Made by a program: the position numbers and the translations under genes
The notes under the pieces: generated by a model
What the model was told of the DNA's origin: nothing
Database searches by the model: none
Seen by the model: the letters and a program-made list of their open reading frames with translations, nothing else
Shown: positions 1 to 11,542 of the stretch, piece by piece
Numbering within the stretch: the first letter of the stretch is position 1
Layout: every line of letters starts with the position of its first letter
NCBI GenBank assembly: GCA_030295235.1
Contig: AP026137.1
Coordinates: 1,116,001-1,161,780, forward strand
Reading direction: 5' to 3'
DNA: 45,780 nt
Source: Fistulifera solaris
Taxonomy: Eukaryota

Positions 1-1332
1 GCGTGATATCAGGATACTTGACCGGACTAATGGGTTGCAGCATCTGGTAAGGGATTTGTTGCACAGTTTGTCCGGTCTTATCATTGATGGAGAGAGTAGT
101 GCGAAACATGAACTCTTTCCAAGCACTCCACCACTGTTGTTGATTGTCTAACGATCCCTGATACATGTTAATGACAGTGGGGCGGAACACGGCGTCACCA
201 TTGGCGAGATTGATGGTGTTGGTGATACGATCTGGCATACTAGCGAGCCGCTTGGAGCCGAGCAGAGGATCTTTCAAAAATTCTGACACAATCTTACGAT
301 TCGCAAATTCCTTCTCCCAATATTCTGCCACAGACTTCCATTTCGCTGTTTCCGTCAATTCACGATCGAGCTCTTGAAACATATCTTGCGTAAATACTTT
401 ATGCACTGGAACATCTTGCGCCTCGGTCGGTGTGTTAATGAATTGCTCAATTTGAATCATCAGTTTCTCGTACTCGTCATTATAGGTAATCCAATACTCA
501 AAGGGATTGTTGTTGATGGCAGCCACGTTCCAAGTAGTAACCTGGAGAGTCCCAGCTCTTGCTGCTGCTGAAGTAATCGCCGATGACGATGTCATTAAAT
601 AATGTCGAGCTCCTCCTGTCGAGAAAATAAAGTAGAAAGCGTTAGCAAACAATAGAAACATTGAGCGTGAATGAATCACGGTAAGAAACGAATGCACTAT
701 TGACGATGAACGAACCAGATTGATAATAGACAGCCGTATACAAGACCATGGCAAATAGAACGCAAGCAATCCGTTGAATATCACGAGGAGGAGTTCGATT
801 TGCCATTTCTCCTCCTGAGACGTTTCGAGCGATCAAAGGGCGACCATTAATGACTTTACGAGCGAAAGCACTCGACATTGCGTCTCTTTGTCGGTGTAGT
901 TGTAGATTGATTGTCAAGAGGAAAAAATATTGATAGAACGAGGAAGAGCGATTGCAACAAAACGCAATAGCAGGAGCAACAGCAACGGCTACCGAGTATA
1001 AAATTTTGAGCGAGCCCCACATTTTGCCTGCGTCACGACTGTGGAACAAAAGCAAACGGGACTCAACGAAAAAACAAACAGACGCTTTTTTCGTTTTGCA
1101 TCGCAACGCGGCAACACGTACCTACACCAATTCCTACAACAAAGGCAAGCATTACAACCCAAGTCAATGGGGAATAAGAAGATGTGCTGTTCTTTTTCCT
1201 CTTATTTTCGCGACTGCGTGAGCCAGGAACAATCAAGGGGGATTCGTCGCCGCTTTCTTCGTCAAATTCTTCGTCTTTCTTGGTGTTGCGGAGCATCAAA
1301 TCTTTAGAAGTATGACGGTGTCTTACAGTCAT
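1..1332 (-). CDS. Membrane-anchored endonuclease/exonuclease/phosphatase (EEP)-fold-like protein, 5' part; runs off the left edge
   Basis: Exon 615..1 is open (…TLQVTTWNVAAINNNPFEYWITY…LGSKRLASMPDRITNTIN…RPTVINMY…) with an EEP-like first-strand TWN motif. It is preceded by a GCTAAC branch site and AG at 617-616. Phase-compatible upstream exons are 1332-1122 (GTACGT donor) and 878-698 or 1027-698, each with a hydrophobic segment. Confidence 0.6.
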
Positions 1333-1665
1333 GACACACAAAGAGCACGAAAACGATTAGAAGGATTTGATTTCGAGTTCGCTTGATCAAATCGCCGCCT
1401 TTGCTTCACAATAACAATCGATTATCGATTGCTTTGCGAATGCGCCTCTCAACACTCAACGGACATCGTCGATCCGTCTTCGTGTCTTAGCATCATACAC
1501 CTATTGGGAACTAGGAACAGCTAGAAAACGAATAACTTAACTACAAAATCTAGAAAGAACGGGTTTAACTTGGTGATCATGGAAATGATTCTTTAGTATA
1601 CGAATGTAACACACTATCTATACCCAACAGCCACTCTAATAAGCATCTCATTCTTTAACTAAAAC

Positions 1666-3932
1666 TTACTTCTTGGGACCACTACCTGCAGTTTTCATCG
1701 CATCTAGGACAAAGTCAAACTTCTTGTCATCTTTCTGCACAGGACGTGCGTCGGCAGTAGTCACCGATTTCATGACCGGCGGGGCCATGCCAGGGAAAGG
1801 TAGAACCATTCCAGGAAGCAAGGCGCCGCGTTGCTGTTGCAAAAGAAGAGCCATTTGCATCTGTTGCTGTTGTTGCATCCACATATTTTGTTGGTAAGCA
1901 ATAGCTTGCATTTGTTCCGTCGATAAACTCATAATTTTACGTTGCGCGGTTTTCGGAGTCATATTCTGAAGCGGGTCGAATACAGGAATGGCGCCAGCGT
2001 TGTTTACAACACTAGTATTTGTCGGTGAGACCACCTCTTCTTTCTTGGCCGAATCCGACACTGTGTTCTCCTTGTTGATGAAACTAAATGCAGAGCCATT
2101 AACCGTAGTGCTTGCTGCTGTTGCTGTCGCGTCGCTTGCTCCGGCGCCCAAAAGATCTTCTATGCCTGCACTGGTGGCATCTGGGGCAACACGTTTATTG
2201 TCGTTCTCCTTGAGATTCATCTGCGCAAACATACTCGAAGCGGGAGCTACAGTGGTTTGAGTAGAGGCGCTAGAAAAACCCGTCCAACAGATTAGGAGCC
2301 GCGGGTTGTGAAGTAGGAACGGGTGTGCTATCCTCGAACCCACCTAACAAGTCGGTAGCGGGCGCTGGAATGGGTGCCTTTACTTGCATTCCACCAAACA
2401 GGTTCGCTGCAGAAGGTGCCGCCGTTGGTGCTGCCTCTGGCTCTGGGCCTTGATCGAAATCCAACAAGTTCACCGGTACAGACCCGATGGGAGGGGGGCT
2501 CACCGGTGTCGCAGGGGTTGTATTTGCTTGTAATCCAAGTAATTGAAGCACCCTACGTGCAGGGTCGTGAATAGCGGCACGGGGATGTTGACTGAGGGGG
2601 AATAATCTCTTCATGGCAAGCATGGAAGAAGTCACGGTACGGATTTTGGCCGGTCGTCATGAGTGTTCCGTGCTGAATACACGCCTCCATGACACAAAGC
2701 GCCTTGGCACGAATAATCCAGGGCTGTCCCTCTTCCAAACAATCCAACACAGCCGGACAAATCAAGTCAGCATTCAAAGAAGGCAAATTCCTCGAAAAGT
2801 CGGCCAGTTTTTCTGGTGGCGGAACGGGTTTCAAACCACCCGGCGGGCAGAGCTCCATTATCAAATTGGTTTCGTAAGAGCCGTCTGATACCGCTGCTTG
2901 TGCAGTAGACGACATCGTGTATGAAGAAGAGGGGTTGCTGTGGTTAATTGTAACGCTGGGCGTTGAGTGTTGTACAGAAGCGCTTCCCCACGATCCACCG
3001 ACAGCTCCCGAGTTCGCACTTCGTGAATATGCAGATGCTTCAGTGTTGATCGCCCCCGGACCACGATTCGACGCCATAGTCCACTGGCCACCAGTCTGAC
3101 GACTCAACTCCGATGCTCCTGGAGGTGGCCGTCCGTAAGTCTGTTACAGTAACAGAAGAATAAGTTGACGAACGTTGGACTGGATCAGAATATAACACAC
3201 AAAGAACCCTCTCCTTTTCATACTTACCTGCGAACGATTATATCCAGGCAAGTCACCCGAGTGTCCCTGGCGAGGCACATGATGTACTTGCGGTGCCGTT
3301 GGAATGTTTCTCGCGAGAGGATCTTTGATCATGCCTACCAACACATCACCGGCTTCTCGCACGGCTTCTTTGAAAGAGCTAGGCTGAGTTCCGTTGTAGC
3401 GCGGATCGTTACGGGGGTCACTGAACATGGGGTTACCGACACCTTCCATTCTTCGTCCTCCCGGGTATGCCGCACTGCTGCTACTGTAACCTCCGACATC
3501 ATGCGGCGAAGGGCCGTAACTTCCACCGGGGACAGCGGACGTCTCCACCGACGGCGCTTCTCGGTAAACTGCGTCAAGTGCTTCTTTCGCAGCTTGTCTT
3601 ACTCTAGCATTGGGTTCATCTCCCCGCACAGGATCCATCGGCCCACGGAAATTCATAGCTTCTTTAATAGCGGTAATGGCCGAAGGATCTTGTGCGACTG
3701 CGCGACGAAACTGATTGCGCGGGACGCCGTCGGCTAATTTCGCAATCACTTTGCAGCATTTTGCCTTAATGTTGGGATTTTGCTTTGATTGCAAACGATT
3801 CGATAAATAGCGAGCTATTTCCTGACAAGCCATGGGATTCGAAGAGGCAGCTTTGGTCAAATCAACGTATAAATAACCGGGCGTAGGGGCGTCGGTGCCT
3901 TCCGTAGCGCGTGCTAGCATACCGCGATCCAT
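1666..3932 (-). CDS. TEPSIN: Tepsin (AP-4 accessory ENTH/VHS protein)
   Basis: N-terminal ENTH (RATEGTDAPTPGYLY…YLSNRL…KCCKVI), second VHS-like domain (LCPPGGLKPVPP…WIIRAKALCVME) and a disordered tail with LFGGM, SAFSFI and FDFV motifs. Intron 3227-3141 (GTAAGT…TAACAG). Apparent 1-nt frameshifts near 2580 and 2280-2340. Confidence 0.85.
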
Positions 3933-4386
3933 GTTTACTTGACAAAGACTTTATATTAACGAAGAAAGACAGCAAGAATGACTGCTCGTAAAGGCAAACG
4001 ACACAAGTGGCTTGTTTTTGCGTTTATTACCAGGTATTCTCATCGTTCGACAGGCACACAGCATCGTCGCCGAAACGGCTCGTCGGTGCCACACTTCCGA
4101 CACGTAAACCTACATTTGTGGTTATAGTAACAATGGTCTGTGTCGTAGCAATGATCAAACATATAGACAACACAAACCGCTAAGACATATATATAAGTAT
4201 TTGTTTAGCTACTATAGACCTAAATTGTTGTTAGTTTTTTTATTGGGTCTATGGCGAAAAAGATTTGCCGTCGTGATGATGTTACGATGCGAAACACAGT
4301 CTTCTCCTTTTAGCAAGCAACGCGTTCAACTTTGTCGAATTCAACTGCAATACGTCGAGCGCATGTAACAATGCACCGCTTCGAAT

Positions 4387-5080
4387 GTCTACGTCGATTT
4401 CACGTAGCTCTCGTGGGGAAATTTATCGACAGAGGGGTCACCCGGATAACGACATCATCCATTTCTCGTGTCTTCTGGAAACCAGTGTCAACAATACTTT
4501 GCCCAAAATTGATTATGCGTAAATTTAAACAAATAATCAGCTTTTATTTGACTGTGAAACATGAAGCAATAGAAAAATACAACGCTCTTAAAGTCTACGC
4601 GTAGTTTACGTAGCCGCCGTTGGAAATTTATCTCTGTAGGGGTACCCGGATATTGTGTTTTTCGGCATCATCCAGTTATTGGAATTAAAGTGCACCGATG
4701 TCAACGTTTCCTTGCCCACCGTCTTTTCTTAATATCGAAAAGCAATAATCGCCTACGATTTGAGAACAAAACGTTGATGGAACGAATGATACAACGCTGT
4801 CTACGTAATTTCACGTAGCTCTCGTGGGGAAATTTATCGACAGAGGGGGCACCCGGATATTATGTATTTCGACAACATCCATTTCTCGTGTCTTTTGGAC
4901 ACCAGTGTCAACAATACTTTGCCCAACATAGCTTATGCGTAAATTTAAACAAATAATCAGCTTTGATTTGACAGTGAAACATGAAGCAATAAAAAAATAC
5001 AACGCTCTTAAAGTCTACGCGTAGTTTACGTAGCCGCCGTAGGAAATTTATCTCTGTAGGGGTACCCGGAGATTGTATTT
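4387..5080. repeat. Tandem repeat, ~205-bp monomers arranged A-B-A-B(partial)
   Basis: 4387-4660 is near-identical to 4799-5080. Monomers starting ~4401, 4607, 4812 and 5027 all share ACGTAGC…GGAAATTTATC…AGGGG(T)(C)ACCCGGA. Confidence 0.85.
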
Positions 5081-5183
5081 TTCTTTATTATAGTCTAGGT
5101 CTAATTGCCGCAGTAATTCGTATTTCATTTGAATCATCGTGCGAGAATCGACAATAAAACGCACATTTGAATGTTTCGTTTAA

Positions 5184-5718
5184 CTAGTGTGTGCATTTTC
5201 TCGGCCGTCTTTGCTGCATTGATCTCGTTAAGTATTCCCCAATCGGATCAGCGAAAAGAGAAACAGCGTACAAAGAAACTCTGAATGAGCTATCTGAGCG
5301 TTTCGTCTCAAAAATAGCCAACTCCCACAGAAAAAAGAAATCTAAGCGAGGACATGGGTTCTTACACTTCATGGGACGAGGCTTGGCAACACGCGGATTG
5401 ATGAGTATGATGCGCTTGGTTGTGGACTGCTTTTGTACGAGAGCACTAATGGCAATGACTCCGGGTCGTGTGACCGGTGCAATCATGGCAATGGTGTCAG
5501 TTTCGTCCTGCTGCTCTTTCAAGGACGGTAAAACATTGCTTGCAAAGCCCAAATAGGGACCTCATCTTCCCTATCCGCTCCGTCCGAAATGCTAGCGTCG
5601 CCAAACAGACTTTGCAACTGGATTCTCCGCCGATCAATCGTTTCTGTATCTCGTGTTTATGGCTTTTGTTGAGAATCAGATGAGATTGGACTCTAGACGT
5701 TGATGACGAATCATCCAT
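5184..5718 (-). CDS. Hypothetical protein (two overlapping ORFs, probable frameshift near 5555)
   Basis: ORFs 5497-5718 and 5184-5552 overlap on the same strand; no recognisable motif. Confidence 0.3.
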
Positions 5719-6136
5719 TACCGCGACACTTTTCTAAGAACCCAAAATCCGCAAAAGTTGTCATACAAAACAGTCATTTCCTGCGGATTGTTGTTACTCA
5801 ACTCCTCTTTTTTCTTCATTTTCTTCCTCCTCGCCGTATGTGAACCACGCGGCATTGTTTTCCCATCCTCTCAATCAGCAGTAATTTTTTCTGCTATTTT
5901 CTGCTGCTAGACGAAGCTTGCTTGAATGTTTAAAACGCTTGCATCGACGTTGTCATCACGCTGCGAGACGCCCTGGCAGCAAAAGCCAGTACCGCATCGT
6001 ACTATCGTGCTCCTTGTCGTTAAAATACAATGGTGGAAATCGCAAACCGATGATACTGACACTGCATTTGCAAAGAAACAATCGGCGATTTATTCTTGAG
6101 CCGCTGCCATAGGCGTTGTCGGAAGAAAACCACAGT

Positions 6137-6286
6137 CCCAGATTTTCTGGAGAGGTCGAAAGATCACACGCCCAAATTTTCTAGAGACGTAAAAGAACAC
6201 ACTCCCAGATTTTCTGGACAGGTCAAAAGAACAATCGCCCAGATTTTCTGGAGAAGTTAAAATATCCAGTCCACATTTTCATAGAG
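6137..6286. repeat. 33-34-bp minisatellite with palindromic core CCAGA-TTT-TCTGG
   Basis: Cores at 6137, 6171, 6204, 6238 and 6271 (degenerate), separated by related but non-identical ~20-nt segments. Confidence 0.85.
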
Positions 6287-6811
6287 TACTTTGTACTTTG
6301 TCTACCTTTACGGTATTGAATACGTTTTTTTATTAAGGAATTGACGAGCGAAGGTTGCAGTTGGCATTAGGCATTTGATCGTGTACACAAACGTATGAAC
6401 GAAGAATGATGAAGAATTCGAAGGAACCGCCACCTGTCTGAGGTGAGGAAGAAATTTTTCCCTGATACGACATAGTAGAAATGTCCCATTGATTGGTTAG
6501 CTTGAAGTTCGCATTTGTGCTGTTCTTTCAGAAAGACCTTCTACACTATAGGATAAAGTGTACTAGTCATGACTACTTTGCCGGAGTAAGGCCGAAAAAC
6601 TTCTGAAATGTACATTGAACTACACAGTCAAACATCTCGCCCGTTTTGCCGTTCGAGAGCTCCTGTATTGGCAAGATTGTAGACAAGCGGCGTTTTCTTC
6701 ACGTAAAAGGCCGTAGTGGTTTGAACGTAAAATTCGTAGAGGTCGAGTGCAAATTCCCTCGATAGATGCCATAGTTTCAATTTCACTTCAAATCAATTGC
6801 AATTTTTGACC

Positions 6812-7942
6812 ATGTGCGTCACCAATACAACCCACCGTCGTGTTCCAGCGGTCTCTTTGACCCAAGATCAGGTCCTCAATGCAGGATCATTAGCCCAGCG
6901 TCTCCTTGCCGGAGGATTCCCTTCAACTGTTCCCACTGGTGTTCAAAAGTCCTCGGATTACCCGCAGCAGCGAGTTGAATCCTGCTACCAGCCAAATGTT
7001 GAAAAGTCGCGCCCGAAACGCCGCCGCAAGCCCCAGAAACCGGGCAAGACAGCAAAGATGCACGATAGGCACTTTGTGATTCACAATTATCACGATCACG
7101 CAAACGATGATGACTATGCTGTAGAAGAAGAGCATGAACGTCGCCGCGGAGGTGTTGCCGTTCCCTTTCCGAACAAGCTTCACGCCGTCCTTGACCAGGT
7201 AGAAGCTGATGGACTTTCTCACGTCATCTCCTGGCAGCCACACGGTAGATGCTTCGTCATACACAACCCCCAAGAATTTGTTGAATACGTAATGCCGCGT
7301 TACTTTCGTCAATCCAAGTTGACGAGCTTTCAGAGACAGCTCAATTTGGTAAGTGTTTCTGTCCTTTTTTCTACATTTTGCAACGTGCACGAGCTTACAC
7401 GATCTTTTTGTCTTCAGTACGGTTTCTCTCGACTGACACGAGGGCCTGATGCTGGTGGTTATTACCACGAACTTTTCCTCCGAGGAAAGGTGAACCTTTG
7501 CTCGCGAATGCAGCGCACCAAGGTCAAGGGAACGATGTTTAAAGCTGCATCTTCTCCCGAAAACGAACCTGACTTTTACACCATGGCTCCCGTTCGAGTC
7601 ACACCTCAACATTCGGATGAAGAGGGCTCGTATGGAACGGACGGAAGCTATCAGCAACCGATGTTGTATCAATCGCAGCAACAAATGTTTGATCCTATGC
7701 CGCTGCAGCAGTACGAGGCTCTCCCTATGAACATGCTTTTCGAGGCTAGTAGACCCGAAGCAGAGTACGGCCGTTTGACGGATCGCGTGTTCGATGAGGC
7801 AGTGGATGAACTCTTTATGGACGGCTTTTCAGAGTCGAACATTTCGGAGTTTGTGCAAGATTGGGATCCTACTGCATCGGTGGAGCCAGACATTCAAGAC
7901 GACGCTCAATTAGGATATCTTTTGGAGAAACTACTCGAATGA
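6812..7942 (+). CDS. HSF: Heat shock factor (HSF)-type transcription factor
   Basis: HSF DNA-binding domain FPNKLH…ISWQPHGRCFVIH…YFRQSKLTSFQRQLNL|YGF…YYHELFLRG, with an upstream HNYHDHA motif typical of diatom HSFs. 69-nt intron 7349-7417 (GTAAGT…TTCAG). Confidence 0.93.
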   Translation: MCVTNTTHRRVPAVSLTQDQVLNAGSLAQRLLAGGFPSTVPTGVQKSSDYPQQRVESCYQPNVEKSRPKRRRKPQKPGKTAKMHDRHFVIHNYHDHANDDDYAVEEEHERRRGGVAVPFPNKLHAVLDQVEADGLSHVISWQPHGRCFVIHNPQEFVEYVMPRYFRQSKLTSFQRQLNLVSVSVLFSTFCNVHELTRSFCLQYGFSRLTRGPDAGGYYHELFLRGKVNLCSRMQRTKVKGTMFKAASSPENEPDFYTMAPVRVTPQHSDEEGSYGTDGSYQQPMLYQSQQQMFDPMPLQQYEALPMNMLFEASRPEAEYGRLTDRVFDEAVDELFMDGFSESNISEFVQDWDPTASVEPDIQDDAQLGYLLEKLLE

Positions 7943-8344
7943 GCTCTCAAACAAGTAAAAGATTAACTTTACGTATTTAGCTTTTCCATCATACTAGGTC
8001 TATGATCAACCGATCTTTAGTCCTAGCTAGTGGAGTACTGTAGACATCATAGGCATAGGTGACGCGTTGTGAGTGATGACTTCGGAATGGATAACAATCT
8101 ACGTCATTGTCGACGTTGGGCCTCTTTTCAACGGAAACGGCATTGAAACTTTCATGAATGACGCGTTACTAGTGACTGAATAAATAGTCCATCTTACCGC
8201 CTACCGCCTTACTTCGGTTGATTTTCACGTTCTCTTGCGGCTGGCGGCTTTGCACCTACGCAACGCAGTCGACAACTCTCGTTCTTGTGTTCAATAACGA
8301 TTGTGTTGTATTGATTGATTATTCATTAACAAGGATTCTTTACA

Positions 8345-8838
8345 ATGGTGAGTGTCTAAAGATTGCAAAAGTAGACAGCTTGCTACGTTTTAAAACAGCG
8401 GAAGCTAGCAATTTATGGAAGACAAACGCTCCTTGTCCTTCGATTGTGTCACCTCATGTTATACTACTTTCTAATGTTATCGTCTTCTCGTTCTGTTTAT
8501 CGTAGCCGCCGAAAGTCCAGCAGAAATCGAAAGAACAAAAAATGGCCGCCGCCATGGCCGGTGGTAAGGGAAAGAAAAAGAAGTGGTCCAAGGGAAAAGC
8601 CCGTGATAAGGTAGACAACAAAGTCCTTCTATCAAAGGAGCAATTCGATCGCTTACACGAGGAAGTTCCTAAGATGAAACTTATCACAGTTTCGGCTGTG
8701 GTCGAAAAACTGAAGGTGAACGGAGGTTTGGCCCGAAGAGCTCTGCGTGACTTGGCTGAGGAAGGAAAAATCCGCCCCGTATTGTTGTCTCGAGCACAGC
8801 AAATTTACACACGCAACGTTGCTGAAGATGACGAGTAA
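8345..8838 (+). CDS. RPS25: 40S ribosomal protein S25 (eS25)
   Basis: ATG-only first exon 8345-8347 and intron 8348-8505 (GTGAGT…GTAG), giving MPPKVQQKSKEQK…KKKKWSKGKARDK…KLITVSAVVEKLKVNGGLARRALRDL…IYTRN. Confidence 0.96.
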
Positions 8839-9135
8839 ATTCATCAATTATCAGATAATAACAGCGCCTCTTCTTATTTCGTCCACTGGGGTTTTTATTG
8901 ATGTTTACTATCGAGGAAGAGTCGTCTCCCTCGTTTTACCGAATGCGTTTGCCTTGTCAAATGGTTTCCATTCTTACAATCCGCAGCCAAGCTGCAAGCA
9001 CTATGACGACGAATGCTTCTGGTTACAGGAAGTAGAACCATACGGTGTACGGTAGACTAAATTTACAAGGAAAATCTAGTCGTTACTATTGAATTGATGT
9101 GAGAACACGAGCCCTTTAGATTCGTTTTGAAAATA

Positions 9136-9852
9136 TCAATGACCAGGAACTTTCTTTCTATCCAATCCATTCACAGCATCACGGAGGGCGTGGCTAACTT
9201 TATCTCGAATTTGTTCCAGTGGCAACTCAGTCCATGTGTTCGACCTGCTCTGATGTTTCATGAAACGGACGACCCGGGAGTTGTCTTGCGCTCGGACAGA
9301 TTCAATGATAGAGTCAATTACAATAGATTTATCCATTCTTGTCTCAGCGTCGATGTATTCTTGGACAGACTCTTGTATGATCTGCCGAAAGCGCTGGTTA
9401 CCGGGATGACGAAAATAGCGCTTTCCGCGAGAGCAAACAACATCAACGACAGTCGGTGGTAAGCATATGGCTTGGCCCTCTATCGGCCCCATTTGATTTA
9501 ACGGATTCTGAATTTGTGGCTTTGGCACATACTGCGCTTCCGATAATGCAGAAAGGATAGAAAATTGATTCAGGTCGTGTGCGTTGTATGAGATTTTCTG
9601 CTGTTCGATGGCTGACGGTTGATACGTAGAAGTCGAAAAGAATGGGAAGCTTTCAACAGTATTTCCTTCCCGAGCTGCTGCGTTTTGCTCTGTTGTAGTC
9701 GATGAGCCAATTTGTGGGTTATTTGAATGTGAGCGAATCGGCGGATGCCCCCGTGATCTCGTACCATTATCGACGTCCATCATCGTACTAGGAAGAAGTA
9801 TAGGATACTCATCCAGAAAGCTGGAACCGGAATTGCAAGACTTTACCATCAT
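9136..9852 (-). CDS. DUF6824-domain protein (diatom-expanded family)
   Basis: C-terminal DVVCSRGK…HPGNQRFRQII…KSIVIDSIIESVR…RF…W.EL…RDKVSHALRD motif. Start placed at the ATG at 9852; the frame is open to 9987. Confidence 0.8.
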   Translation of the reverse strand: MMVKSCNSGSSFLDEYPILLPSTMMDVDNGTRSRGHPPIRSHSNNPQIGSSTTTEQNAAAREGNTVESFPFFSTSTYQPSAIEQQKISYNAHDLNQFSILSALSEAQYVPKPQIQNPLNQMGPIEGQAICLPPTVVDVVCSRGKRYFRHPGNQRFRQIIQESVQEYIDAETRMDKSIVIDSIIESVRAQDNSRVVRFMKHQSRSNTWTELPLEQIRDKVSHALRDAVNGLDRKKVPGH

Positions 9853-10354
9853 TTTGTATTTATCTTCGAGGAGCCGGCTAAAATAAAGCAAAAAACGTGA
9901 GGAAAACAATGGCGATGATGTTGTTGAGGAGATGTTTTTGTCGGAACATAAATAATGTAAAAGCCACGGATGTTGGTGTGCCTGCATTCGGAGTTTTAGT
10001 TTTCCCGTTTCGGTCTTTGAGTTTTCGGTACTGCACGATTGGCAAGATGGCCACTGATTGATCTATATTCGGTGTTTTTCAGTTGACATTTAATGCCTTG
10101 CGTCTTGCGTTCGTGTGATTTCTACTGACTTGTCCGGTCCCTGACGTGGCTTGTGGAAGTTTCTGCGGTCGGCAAATTACCTTGAATCAATCATACTGTA
10201 ATCTCCGTAGTATCTTTTTAAATTCTACGTAAATATTGACATCTGTATCAATAGTCATTTGTCTTCTTGTGCTCTGTGATTTGTGATTGCGAATTGCGAT
10301 AAATGATACGTACAAGTAAATTTAATCGAAAGCGGGATTGCGGACTGTGCATAG

Positions 10355-10807
10355 TATAGTTCGACACGTGTTTATTTGGTCAATAAACATAAGCCGTATA
10401 AGCGGTTTATAAACGTGTTTATACGTTTACGATTTTTCATAAACAAGTTTATGTCTTTAGCGTCTGTACGTGGTACGGGGTTGTGCGTGCATTGTGTGCG
10501 TGCGTGAAACATTGAAGAGCAACCAAATCATGGTTGGCGAAGCTCTGAGCCTTGAACCAGCTAAACAAAGGCGACACGAACACCTCGGAAAGTTTAAATG
10601 CCCTCAAAATCAATCAGTTGTTCACCATGCAAATGTGCAGCAATTTAACATGCTTAGATACGTTTACTATCATTGAAAGACGGGATAACCTTTTCTGGTG
10701 AGAGCGGGACGAGGGACAGACAATAAACTGCATATGCTTGCATAAACTTGTATAAACTTGCATAAACTGCATACGATTTTTCATAAACATGTTTATGTCG
10801 AACTATA
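10355..10807. mobile_element. Non-autonomous hAT-like DNA transposon (MITE), 453 bp
   Basis: Perfect 12-bp TIRs TATAGTTCGACA / TGTCGAACTATA, 8-bp TSD GTGCATAG (10347-10354 and 10808-10815), clustered subterminal ATAAAC/GTTTAT motifs at both ends, no transposase. Confidence 0.88.
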
Positions 10808-11063
10808 GTGCATAGACTAAGCGCATTGGCATAAGTATTGCAGTTTCCCGTTTGCCGTTGCGCGTTGCGCGTTGTTACCTCCCTTACCAGGTACGTAGTG
10901 GTATGTGGTATAACGTTTATGTGTACGTGTTACGTGTTACTCCGGTTTTCGGCTTTCGGCATTCCGTTTTACTGGTAAACTTTAAACAAGTAAGATGAGA
11001 GCGAAGCCCAACGCCCAGTACAGTTTCTGATTCCGGTGCCGAATTTATTTCGGAGTTTCAGTA

Positions 11064-11180
11064 CTGGTAGCTGGTAGCTGGTAGTATTGTTCCTTGTTCC
11101 TTGTTCCTTGTTGCTTGGTCTTGTGTCTTGTGTCTTGTGTCTTGTGCGCTTGTGCCTTGTGCGTTGTGCGTTTGTGCGGC
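11064..11180. repeat. Compound heptamer microsatellite
   Basis: (CTGGTAG)x3, (TTGTTCC)x3, (TTGTGTC)x3, then TTGTGCS variants. Confidence 0.8.
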
Positions 11181-11258
11181 TTGAGAATTACCGGTACCAG
11201 GTACTCCGTGCTCCGAATCATTTACACTGCTGAACCGCACTAAGCCTTTGCTTGGGTC

Positions 11259-11467
11259 TGCGTAAACCTACGATGAAGAAAAGGGTTCACAGAGATTTTA
11301 TGATTACAAGACTACGGGTTGATAGAAAAGGAATGAAGAGGCCGACCAGTGAGAGGTCGGGAAGGAACATAGACGAGGTCTAGAGCCGAAGGAACAAGGA
11401 CCTTAGGTGACGCGTCACTTGAGTACCGATTGGTGTCTGATAGGACATGACGCGCTGGAGGGTAGCA
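11259..11467 (-). repeat. Gypsy 3' LTR
   Basis: Identical to 16223-16433 except for a 2-nt difference at its right end (GGGTAGCA vs GGGTAACGCA). Confidence 0.93.
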
Positions 11468-11542
11468 TACTGCCTCCAAGGTTCATGACCGAGAGGAAAG
11501 AAATGAAAAAAGGGAGAGGAACCTTTAGAATAGGAGAAAACC

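Noticed and set aside
3220..3230. U1 snRNA 5' end (ATACTTACCTG)
   Set aside because: It is the reverse complement of the tepsin intron donor CAG/GTAAGTAT; no U1 body follows.
6137..6286. CRISPR array (palindromic repeat plus spacers), also 25131-25290
   Set aside because: The core is only ~13 bp, the linkers are related to each other, there are no cas genes, and the context is eukaryotic.
6709..6771. tRNA-like sequence
   Set aside because: No GTTCRA T-loop and no consistent cloverleaf.
6923..7684. Long antisense ORFs (here and over tepsin, BRCA2 and the kinase)
   Set aside because: These are shadows of well-supported genes on the opposite strand.
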